Origin: Parcubacteria group bacterium Gr01-1014_17
GTDB lineage: Bacteria; Patescibacteriota; Minisyncoccia; Phycocordibacterales; UBA10002
Direction: 5' to 3'
Length of the DNA: 64,000 bases
Assembly: GCA_007376285.1 (NCBI GenBank)
Contig: VMFZ01000001.1
Span: 11,033-75,032 of the forward strand
The notes under the pieces are model-generated. The model saw only the letters and a list, made by a program, of their open reading frames with translations. It was not told the origin of the DNA and ran no database searches. The first letter of the stretch is position 1; each line of letters opens with the position of its first letter. Below, in pieces: positions 56,568-64,000 of this stretch. The position numbers were made by a program, and so were the translations under genes.

Positions 56568-59075
56568 TTATAGCACCGTCACCGACGCAATAGCATCGCC
56601 TTCGCGCAGTTTCATTATTCTAACACCTTGCGTTGCCCGCCCGAGGCGCGGAATTTCCGAAGCCGCAATCCGAATCACTTGGCTCTTCTTGGAAATCGCA
56701 ATTACTTCGTCCGTTTCTCCTTCGGAAAGCACGCGCGCGGCGATTACCCTGCCGGTCTTTGTTGTTACTTTTGCGGTCTTGATACCCGAGCCGCCGCGCT
56801 TTTGTGTTTTATACTCTTTAAAGTAGGTCGCCTTGCCGTACCCATTTTCAGACAGTATGAAAAGAGATGCTTGTCTTTCCGCCTCATCGGCGGATCGCCG
56901 AAGAGGCGATTTGACGACCACAACGCCCGCCACCGAATCGCCTTTTTTACCAAGCTTAATGGCGCGCACGCCACCGGCGCCGCGCCCCATCGCACGAATA
57001 TCGGACTCTCTAAATCGGATGGACTGTCCTGCTTCAGATACAACAGCGCATTCGTCGCCTTTTTCCACAAACGATGCGGAAATAAGCTCATCGCCGGCTT
57101 TCAGCGAAATCGCAATCAAGCCGCTTCGGCGCACATCATGGAAGCTCTCTGCCGCGATTTTCTTTCCGACTCCGTTTTTCGTCACCATCATCAACGCGAG
57201 CCCGGCGAGAGCTTTCGCCGCTTTTGGCATCGGCAAAATTGAAGTTACGCGTTCTTCGGATGAAAGCGAAAGAAAATTGGCGATGGATTTGCCGCGCGTC
57301 GCGCGTTTGCCTTCGGGAATTTCGTACATTTTCACCTTATACACCTTGCCGCGGTCGGTGAAAAACAAAAGGTCGCTGTGTGTCGTCGTGGAAAGCGTGC
57401 TCATTACAAAATCCTCTTCTTTCGTGTCCAAATCAACAACACCGACCCCGCCGCGCCGCTGCCGTTTATACTCATCGGGAGCGGTGCGCTTCACATAGCC
57501 GCCGCGCGTAAATACCAACACGCTTTCGTTGTCCGGAATCAAATCCTCGTCGGAAAGCTCGGCAACACCACCCTTAACAATTCTCGTGCGGCGTTCGTCT
57601 CCATACTTCTCGCCCACTTCCAACAGTTCTTTTTTAATAAGCGCGAGAATCTTTTTTGGGTGCGCGAGCAAATCAACAAGCTCGCCGATAAGCGTCTGCA
57701 CAGAAAGCAATTCATCTTCAATTTTCTTACGCTCCAAGCCCGCAAGCTTCTGCAGGCGCATTTCCAAAATCGCGTTCGCTTGTATTTCGGAAAGCTTGAA
57801 CGATTTCATCAAACCAGCGCGCGCCTCGTCTACATCCTTCGCATTCTTAATCAACTTCACAATCGCGTCAATGTTTTTGAGAGCAATCGTGAGCCCGAGC
57901 AAAATGTGCTCGCGCTCGCGGGCTCGCGCGAGGTCAAATTCGCTCCGGCGGCGCACCACTTCCTTGCGGTGCCCGATAAATGCTTCAAGAAACGCTTTAA
58001 GCGAAAGGGTTTCCGGCACGCCGCCGACAAGCGCGACACAATTGTAATGGAACGATTCCTCCAGTTGTGTATGCTTGTAGAGCGCATTTAGAATCTTTTC
58101 TGGGTACGCGCCTTGTTTTAGTTCAACCACCACCCGAATGTCTTTGGTTGATTCATCGCGGAGTCCCCGAATGCCTTCAAGTTTTTTGTCGCGCACCAAG
58201 TCCGCAATTCGCATAATAAGCTCTGCTTTGTTTACGCGATACGGAATGGAAGTAATGATAATCTGAAAGTGCCCCGCTTTTTCCTCAACTATTTCCGCCT
58301 CGCCTCGCACAACTACTGGCCCTTTGCCGGTTGCATACGCGTGCGCGATAGCTTTCGCGCCATAGGCAACGCCGCCAGTCGGAAAGTCAGGGCCTTTTAC
58401 GAATTGCAAGAGGTCTTCGGTGGTTGCGCTCGGATTTTCAATCAAATGCGCTGTTGCGCCCACGACTTCAGTTAAATTGTGCGGCGGAATGTTGGTCGCC
58501 ATACCGACGGCAATGCCGAGCGTGCCGTTCAACACCAAATTTGGCACCGCAGTCGGCAGAACGACTGGTTCTTTCCGCGTCGCATCATAGTTCGGTCGAA
58601 AATCAACCGTTCCTTTTTCAATGTCCCGCAACATATCCCCTGCGATACGCGACATTTTCGCCTCCGTGTACCGGTACGCCGCGGGAGCGTCGCCGTCTTG
58701 CGAACCAAAATTTCCTTGACCAATCACAAGCGTGTAGCGAAACGAAAATGTCTGCGCCATTTTGACCATTGCATCATAGACGGACACATCGCCGTGTGGG
58801 TGATACTTGCCGAGCACATCACCAACAACCGTCGCCGATTTTCTGGTCTTTGCGGCGGCCGTAAGCCCCATTTCGTGCATAGAAAAAAGAATGCGGCGAT
58901 GCACGGGCTTCAGCCCGTCGCGCACATCCGGAAGCGCGCGCGAGGTAATAACCGACATCGCATAGTCAAGATACGACTCGCGCATCTCCTTCACAATTTC
59001 GCGTCCCACCAGCTTTCCGCCAACCGGCACACCAGCTGGAAGTGGCCCACCTTTTGCCTTTTTAGCGTCTGACAT
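56568..59075 (-). CDS. gyrA: DNA gyrase subunit A
   Basis: [29 protein letters not shown], GyrA-box QRRGGVG, pinwheel repeats. Confidence 0.98.
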   Translation of the reverse strand: MSDAKKAKGGPLPAGVPVGGKLVGREIVKEMRESYLDYAMSVITSRALPDVRDGLKPVHRRILFSMHEMGLTAAAKTRKSATVVGDVLGKYHPHGDVSVYDAMVKMAQTFSFRYTLVIGQGNFGSQDGDAPAAYRYTEAKMSRIAGDMLRDIEKGTVDFRPNYDATRKEPVVLPTAVPNLVLNGTLGIAVGMATNIPPHNLTEVVGATAHLIENPSATTEDLLQFVKGPDFPTGGVAYGAKAIAHAYATGKGPVVVRGEAEIVEEKAGHFQIIITSIPYRVNKAELIMRIADLVRDKKLEGIRGLRDESTKDIRVVVELKQGAYPEKILNALYKHTQLEESFHYNCVALVGGVPETLSLKAFLEAFIGHRKEVVRRRSEFDLARAREREHILLGLTIALKNIDAIVKLIKNAKDVDEARAGLMKSFKLSEIQANAILEMRLQKLAGLERKKIEDELLSVQTLIGELVDLLAHPKKILALIKKELLEVGEKYGDERRTRIVKGGVAELSDEDLIPDNESVLVFTRGGYVKRTAPDEYKRQRRGGVGVVDLDTKEEDFVMSTLSTTTHSDLLFFTDRGKVYKVKMYEIPEGKRATRGKSIANFLSLSSEERVTSILPMPKAAKALAGLALMMVTKNGVGKKIAAESFHDVRRSGLIAISLKAGDELISASFVEKGDECAVVSEAGQSIRFRESDIRAMGRGAGGVRAIKLGKKGDSVAGVVVVKSPLRRSADEAERQASLFILSENGYGKATYFKEYKTQKRGGSGIKTAKVTTKTGRVIAARVLSEGETDEVIAISKKSQVIRIAASEIPRLGRATQGVRIMKLREGDAIASVTVL

Positions 59076-59207
59076 ACCTGTTTATTATAGCATAAAAACA
59101 AAGCGGAAACACCAAGCATTTTTCTCCTTCTATTCTGGGACTTGACGGATTATTGACATAATGCTATTCTTCCTCATAGAAAACAGGAAGTGCACAAGAT
59201 ATGCAAT

Positions 59208-59555
59208 ATGCAAAACGAACAAAATGAGAAAATCAAGGCGGAATTGTCCTTTAGAAAAACATCCGACGGTTACGAAACAACTGTAATTCATATACCTGTG
59301 GAAAATACTTGCCGCGGAGATGAAATCAAAGGGATGTTTGTGACGCATCCTAGGGTTGTGGTTTCTTTTGAAATCTCCGGAACAAGCTATTCCCGAAGGA
59401 AAATTGAAGATCTTTCCAAGCCAGATATGGTGGAAAGACTGCTGGTGGCGGGACCAGTAGTAATTCGTATATCTCATACGCCAGGTGCACCAATACCAAA
59501 ACTATCTTGGTTTACAAGATTGTGGATCAAATTCTGGTTGAAGTGCAGCCGCTGA
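59208..59555 (+). CDS. Hypothetical (orphan) protein; start uncertain
   Basis: Promoter TTGACG-17-TATTCT (59142-59170); hairpin and T-run downstream. Confidence 0.6.
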   Translation: MQNEQNEKIKAELSFRKTSDGYETTVIHIPVENTCRGDEIKGMFVTHPRVVVSFEISGTSYSRRKIEDLSKPDMVERLLVAGPVVIRISHTPGAPIPKLSWFTRLWIKFWLKCSR

Positions 59556-59604
59556 AAACCGACTCGCGACCCGTAAGTACTTTTGTACTGCGGGTCTGTT
59601 TTTT

Positions 59605-59664
59605 ATACAGCTATTTTGCAAAATACTGAAATACACTATCTATGGCGACCGCAAAAGTTAGTGT
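59605..59664 (+). repeat. Family C palindrome (no insert) plus TACACTA hairpin
   Basis: atacagctattttgcaaaatactgaaatacactatctatggcgaccgcaaaagttagtgt. Confidence 0.82.
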
Positions 59665-59730
59665 GCACGCATTTAGCATTAAGATACGGCCGTAGCTTAT
59701 TGCTACAAAATCCTACCCCAACCCCCTCCT

Positions 59731-60099
59731 TTATAAAGGAGGGGGAAATTCAAAGGGAGTGGATTTTATATCTTCCTCCTGCCTCTGAAATTCCACGGGT
59801 TTGCCGAAATCAAATCCTTTCCACAAGTCCCCGATTTTGCGCACTTGACTGGCGAGAAATATCGCCGCATCTGCCATCTCCGCTCTGAAATTTGAAAGTG
59901 GCCCGGCGACATCATCTGCCGGCACGCTTGAGGTTGCTTGCACGGTCTCGGCTATGCGCGGAGTATCACCAGACGGACTTCCCGAAAAATAAAACCACGC
60001 GCCTCCGATCGCTCCAGTCAAAAGAAGTGCGACAACAAACGCAATGCGCTCGTGGTGAGCGTTCTCGGGGTCGTTGAGTTTTTCAAACAATCCAAACAT
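59731..60099 (-). CDS. Hypothetical single-TM protein
   Basis: One TM; contiguous with upstream hydrolase gene. Confidence 0.6.
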   Translation of the reverse strand: MFGLFEKLNDPENAHHERIAFVVALLLTGAIGGAWFYFSGSPSGDTPRIAETVQATSSVPADDVAGPLSNFRAEMADAAIFLASQVRKIGDLWKGFDFGKPVEFQRQEEDIKSTPFEFPPPL

Positions 60100-60747
60100 T
60101 TAGCTTATTTTCAAAACAACGACTTCGCCATCTTTGCCTTCCACATCCTTTTTCTTGAGGGTCAGTTTTTCAACTGGCGCTGTTTTTTCCGCGCCGCATT
60201 CCTTCAAAAAATGCGTCAGTTCCTTATTTCCGCCTGTGGTGAGCACAGTCGAACCATAATGCATCGGCACGATAAGCGCGGGTTCCAGTGCGACCGAGAG
60301 CTTGTACGCTTGTTCTGCATTCAGCACCCCGTCGCCGCCAACTGGTATAAAAAGCACATCCGCGCCTTCCAACGCCGATTTTGTTGTAGGTGGAAGCGCG
60401 CCATCCGAAAGCGCGCCCAAAAACACAAGCGTCATTCCCTCCAAAGAAACTTTATAGACCGTATTATTTCGTTTTTCTCCTCCGTAACGAGTGTCGGTCA
60501 CAAATCCCCGTGCCGTAATGCCCTTAAGTTCATATTCGCCAGCGCTTTGTATCACAAACGGCTTGCGCTCGCCGAAAGAAACGCTTTCAACTCCGTTCAA
60601 GTCAGGGTGTGCGGCGGAAACAAACGCCACATCAGCGCCAAACTTCGGCGCTTTGTGTGCCGAAGTTTTTCCTGGAGGATTGAACGCGAGCACCAAATCG
60701 CCAAACTGGATTTTGAAACACTCTAAACCGTAATAAGTGATGACCAT
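60100..60747 (-). CDS. Metallo-beta-lactamase-fold protein
   Basis: ITYYGLECFKI, GEYELKG, DVLFIPVGG, IVPMHY. Confidence 0.88.
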   Translation of the reverse strand: MVITYYGLECFKIQFGDLVLAFNPPGKTSAHKAPKFGADVAFVSAAHPDLNGVESVSFGERKPFVIQSAGEYELKGITARGFVTDTRYGGEKRNNTVYKVSLEGMTLVFLGALSDGALPPTTKSALEGADVLFIPVGGDGVLNAEQAYKLSVALEPALIVPMHYGSTVLTTGGNKELTHFLKECGAEKTAPVEKLTLKKKDVEGKDGEVVVLKIS

Positions 60748-60769
60748 ACAACCATCGTAACATTTCTTA

Positions 60770-61159
60770 TTATTTCGTGCATCCGCCCTGCGTACATACA
60801 ATAGTCACAGTGGGAGTCTCACCTGTCGCATTTATGGAAAAACTGCCATCTGCTGCACTGGTATCTTGACCTCCACTTCCGTATGTCCAACCAGAAGGCA
60901 AAGCACCGTATTTCGTTAAACTACCGTCGCCACTTGCGCATATTGATGCGTTTACCACTGGTGAAGCTAAGTCAATTCCATCATTTGCGCACAACTGCAT
61001 TGCGGTAAGCATATTGCGCATACTGGACTGCGCCGCCGCAATGCGTGCGTTTTTCCGCTGTGGTCCAAGCGCCGCGAGCACGACCGTCGCCAACAAGCCG
61101 ATAATCGCAATGACCACCAAAAGTTCAATAAGTGTAAAACCTTTACGCATTCTTTTCAT
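60770..61159 (-). CDS. Type IV pilin / pseudopilin
   Basis: Prepilin motif KGFTLIELLVVIAIIGLLA. Confidence 0.92.
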   Translation of the reverse strand: MKRMRKGFTLIELLVVIAIIGLLATVVLAALGPQRKNARIAAAQSSMRNMLTAMQLCANDGIDLASPVVNASICASGDGSLTKYGALPSGWTYGSGGQDTSAADGSFSINATGETPTVTIVCTQGGCTK

Positions 61160-61189
61160 ATATGTTTTTAAAAAGATAATAAACAATTA

Positions 61190-61396
61190 TTAGAAACTAC
61201 CAAGTCCTATCCGCGCGATAATCGTGGTAACAATCAAAACGCCAATAAGCACAATTATCAAAACTTGATTCGCCTGCTTTTCGTCAGCGGCAAATCCATG
61301 CTTGATTAACCACCCTGTCAAACCTTGCGCTGTGCCGCTACTGGACACTGTCTCGCGGCGCATCCGCTCTTCTTCATTAAAATCAACTTGGACCAC
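61190..61396 (-). CDS. Small hypothetical membrane protein
   Basis: WLIKHGFAADEKQANQVLI plus C-terminal TM. Confidence 0.65.
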   Translation of the reverse strand: MVQVDFNEEERMRRETVSSSGTAQGLTGWLIKHGFAADEKQANQVLIIVLIGVLIVTTIIARIGLGSF

Positions 61397-61407
61397 AGCG
61401 GTATTCT

Positions 61408-61444
61408 AACACCCGATGTTCCAGGACTGCAAACATTGGGTGTT
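61408..61444. repeat. Family A palindrome, third loop variant
   Basis: aacacccgatgttccaggactgcaaacattgggtgtt. Confidence 0.75.
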
Positions 61445-61450
61445 TATAAC

Positions 61451-62419
61451 TCAAACTATTAGATTCGGCGGTGTTTTACCTTCAAAAAACGAAATAAGAT
61501 TGCGTGCGGCGAGCTCAGCCATCTCTTTGCGCGCCAACTCGGTTGCTGAGGCGATGTGAGGAGTGAGTACAACATTCGGGAGTTTCGCCAGCCCTTTTGC
61601 GAGCTTCGGTTCAAATTCAAACACATCAAGCCCAGCGCCAGCTATCACTCCTCGCCGAAGCGCCTCCACGAGCGCGCACTCGTCAACTACGGGCCCGCGC
61701 GAAGTGTTTATAAGATAAGCGGTCTTTTTCATAATCGCCAATCTCTCTTTGTTCATCAGATGCCGTGTCGCGTCAGACAAAGGAACATGAAGCGAGACCA
61801 CATCGGCGACCCGGAGTACTTCTTCAACGGTCTGGTAAAACACGGCTCCGAAGTCCTTTTCAAGTTTTTCGTTGCGCACGATATCGTAATACGCCACCTC
61901 CATCATAAATCCATTTCTTGCCCGATGCGCCACATCAGCCCCGATGCGCCCCGTACCGATAATGCCGAGTGTTTTTCCGGCAAGATTCGTGCCGTGCAAA
62001 AGCATCGGGTCCCAACCCTTATACTTTCCTTTCTTTATATAGACATCCCCCTCCACGATACGGCAGGTGAGCGCAAGAATAAGCCCCCACGCATGCTCCG
62101 CTACTCGCTCTGCACCGCCACCTGGCGTGTTGGTAAGCGTAACGCCCCGCGCCTTCGCCGCCGCGAGGTCAAAATTGTTAAAGCCGATTGCATAATTCGC
62201 AAAAATCTTCACCGACGGCGCTGCATCCATCACCTCAGCGTCAATCGCATCAGTCAAAAGCGAGAGCACGCTGTCGTAGTTTCCTTTTCGGAGCACTTTA
62301 ATAAGCTCTCGTTTAGTGAGCGGACGATTTTTAGAAGACACATCAACCGCAAAGTCATTCTCGCGAAGCAGAGCGAGTCCGTTTTCCGGAATCCTGCGCG
62401 TGACGAAAATCTTTTTCAT
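61451..62419 (-). CDS. D-isomer 2-hydroxyacid dehydrogenase (glyoxylate reductase/D-glycerate dehydrogenase)
   Basis: GIIGTGRIG, INTSRG, GLDVFEFEP, TPHIAS. Confidence 0.93.
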   Translation of the reverse strand: MKKIFVTRRIPENGLALLRENDFAVDVSSKNRPLTKRELIKVLRKGNYDSVLSLLTDAIDAEVMDAAPSVKIFANYAIGFNNFDLAAAKARGVTLTNTPGGGAERVAEHAWGLILALTCRIVEGDVYIKKGKYKGWDPMLLHGTNLAGKTLGIIGTGRIGADVAHRARNGFMMEVAYYDIVRNEKLEKDFGAVFYQTVEEVLRVADVVSLHVPLSDATRHLMNKERLAIMKKTAYLINTSRGPVVDECALVEALRRGVIAGAGLDVFEFEPKLAKGLAKLPNVVLTPHIASATELARKEMAELAARNLISFFEGKTPPNLIV

Positions 62420-63279
62420 GTGTTAAATATCTTTAGTTTTTCCTCAACTACCTTTACTACAGAGTGCATCGGCTCTTTGAGATATTTATACGGCGCAAGT
62501 TCGTCTTGATTTTCTTCCAAACCGCGCACGAGCCCTTTGCGATATGCCGCCCTCAACTCCGTGTTTATATGCACGACCGCGACCCCTGCCGCAATTGCCG
62601 CGCGAATATCTTCCGCACTGTTACCAGACGCGCCGTGAAGCACAAGCGGAACGCCAGCCGCTTCGCGAATCGCGCGGATGCGCGCGATGTCAAGCGCTGG
62701 GTCTGCGCCGCCCTCTAACATCCCGTGAATATTGCCTACCGCAGGAGCGAATAAATCCACTCCAGTTTCTTGCGCAAACCGCGCTGCATCCTCTGGTGCC
62801 GTTAAATATTCTGGAGATATTTTTACTCCATCAGGAATTTTCTTAAGTATCTGTGATGCTTTTCCGATAAACCCAAGCTCGCCCTCAACTACCACATCGC
62901 GCCCTGACGCGCGCGCATACGCGACACATTCTTTCGCCATAGCGGCATTTTCTGCAAACGGCAATCCAGCGCCATCTACAATAACAGCGTCAAACCCAAC
63001 ATCTACCGCCTCTTTTACTTTTTCAAAAGAATAGGAATGGTCTGCGTTTAAAAATATTGGGTGGCCGTATTCATCGCGGAAACTTCGCACGAGCGCAACG
63101 GCCTGTGCGAGCCCAACAAAACTGCGCTCGCCTTCGGACAAACCAACAATGACAGGCACACCGACCGCTCGCGCTGATTGAACGATAGCGCGTAGAGTTT
63201 CTAAATTGGAAAAATTGAAATGTCCAATGGCGCGTTTTGCCACCTCCGCTTCTGCGATACATTCCCGCAAGGTTTGCAT
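62416..63279 (-). CDS. fba: Class II fructose-bisphosphate aldolase
   Basis: NADH, VEGELG, AVGNIHG, LVLHGASG, INTE. Confidence 0.92.
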   Translation of the reverse strand: MQTLRECIAEAEVAKRAIGHFNFSNLETLRAIVQSARAVGVPVIVGLSEGERSFVGLAQAVALVRSFRDEYGHPIFLNADHSYSFEKVKEAVDVGFDAVIVDGAGLPFAENAAMAKECVAYARASGRDVVVEGELGFIGKASQILKKIPDGVKISPEYLTAPEDAARFAQETGVDLFAPAVGNIHGMLEGGADPALDIARIRAIREAAGVPLVLHGASGNSAEDIRAAIAAGVAVVHINTELRAAYRKGLVRGLEENQDELAPYKYLKEPMHSVVKVVEEKLKIFNT

Positions 63280-63300
63280 GAGATATAGTATAGCACAATT

Positions 63301-63385
63301 ACATCCCTCCCTCCGCCTACTGGCGGAGTACTCCCCTCAAGGGGAGATTTTCTGAATCCCCCTTGGAAGGGGGTTGGGGGGATGT
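63301..63385. mobile_element. Family F MITE-like element (intergenic)
   Basis: ACATCC...GGATGT termini with three internal hairpins. Confidence 0.7.
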
Positions 63386-63397
63386 TATAATCCTCTT

Positions 63398-64000
63398 ATG
63401 CAACCATTGAAAAAAGAAAAAGTAAATACGGAATTCATAACCGCACACAAGAATGCAAAAACAAATTACCACTTCGTGCTTTGGTACGGCGCCGAGCGCA
63501 CGATTCTTGTTAAACACGAGCCCTATCAATACGCTCTACCAACCTTGCCGCCCGCTCGCTGGCTCTACCTTTCCTCAATCGGAAGCGGTACCGAAAAATA
63601 TCACGAGGATATTGCCGATTATCTTGCGAAAAACCCGTCCGTAAAATTCGCATTCCAGCCGGGAACATTCCAGATTAAACTTGGCACAGAAAAACTGAAG
63701 GGTCTGTACGAGCGCGCGGAGGTGTTGTTTGTAAATCGTGAGGAAGCGGAAAGAATCACATCCTCCGTCTCCCTTCGGGAGACACCTCCCTCAAGGGAGG
63801 AATTAAAATCCCCCTTTCAAGGGGGTGCCCGAAGGGCGGGGGATGTAAAAACCCTCCTCACAAACCTCCACGCGCTCGGACCAAAAATCGTATGCGTTAC
63901 TGACGGACCGAAAGGCGCATATATGGCGGATGAAAGAGGCGCATACTTTATGCCTCCCTACCCCGACCCCAAGCCGCCTGTTGAGCGCACCGGGGCAGGT
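63398..64000 (+). CDS. PfkB-family carbohydrate kinase, partial (runs off window; N-terminal part apparently missing)
   Basis: Manual translation: ...FVNREEA...VTDGPKGA...VERTGAG; not in ORF track. Confidence 0.88.
   Translation, partial: MQPLKKEKVNTEFITAHKNAKTNYHFVLWYGAERTILVKHEPYQYALPTLPPARWLYLSSIGSGTEKYHEDIADYLAKNPSVKFAFQPGTFQIKLGTEKLKGLYERAEVLFVNREEAERITSSVSLRETPPSREELKSPFQGGARRAGDVKTLLTNLHALGPKIVCVTDGPKGAYMADERGAYFMPPYPDPKPPVERTGAG
63758..63846. mobile_element. Family F MITE-like element inserted within pfkB with frame preserved
   Basis: Encodes TSSVSLRETPPSREELKSPFQGGARRAGDV; first ~43 nt nearly identical to 54575. Confidence 0.8.

Noticed and set aside
61556-62509. Long antisense ORFs (also 17570-18364, 59938-60726 and others)
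   Set aside because: They are shadows of well-supported genes on the opposite strand, with no motifs.

Overview
This is a chromosomal window from a Patescibacteria (CPR) bacterium, most consistent with Parcubacteria. The evidence is code 11 with TGA as stop, a short EF-Ts, a compact rpoC, a tandem VirB2/TrbC-like pilin array, and a membrane-anchored Clp-type ATPase. Core genes include rpmA, rplI, a C-terminal protease, rpoD, dnaG, rpoC, rpoB, lysS, greA, mrdA-mreD-mreC-mreB, proS, ddl, dnaX, serS, dprA, tsf, rpsB, prfA, rpmE, pyrE, polX, gyrA and fba, plus three tRNAs (Ala-TGC, Pro-GGG, Gln-TTG). There is no CRISPR array, rRNA, integrase or transposase. The unusual content is as follows. (1) Two small winged-helix genes, one ArsR-like and one PaaX/Cas2-like, are each bracketed by their own long palindrome. 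Solo copies of those palindromes occur elsewhere, and a promoter-plus-terminator small-RNA candidate lies near each gene. (2) Three unrelated orphan genes are each followed by the same palindrome-plus-hairpin site, like cassettes. (3) Several REP/MITE-like palindrome families nest inside each other and insert in frame into proteins (GyrA, L31, a PfkB kinase, a pilin). (4) An island of three divergent SPFH proteins and two paralogous partner membrane proteins shares one promoter/leader motif. (5) Short internal deletions affect serS, an ECF sigma factor, pfkB and polX, and some may be assembly errors. All calls are by eye from motifs; no database search was run.
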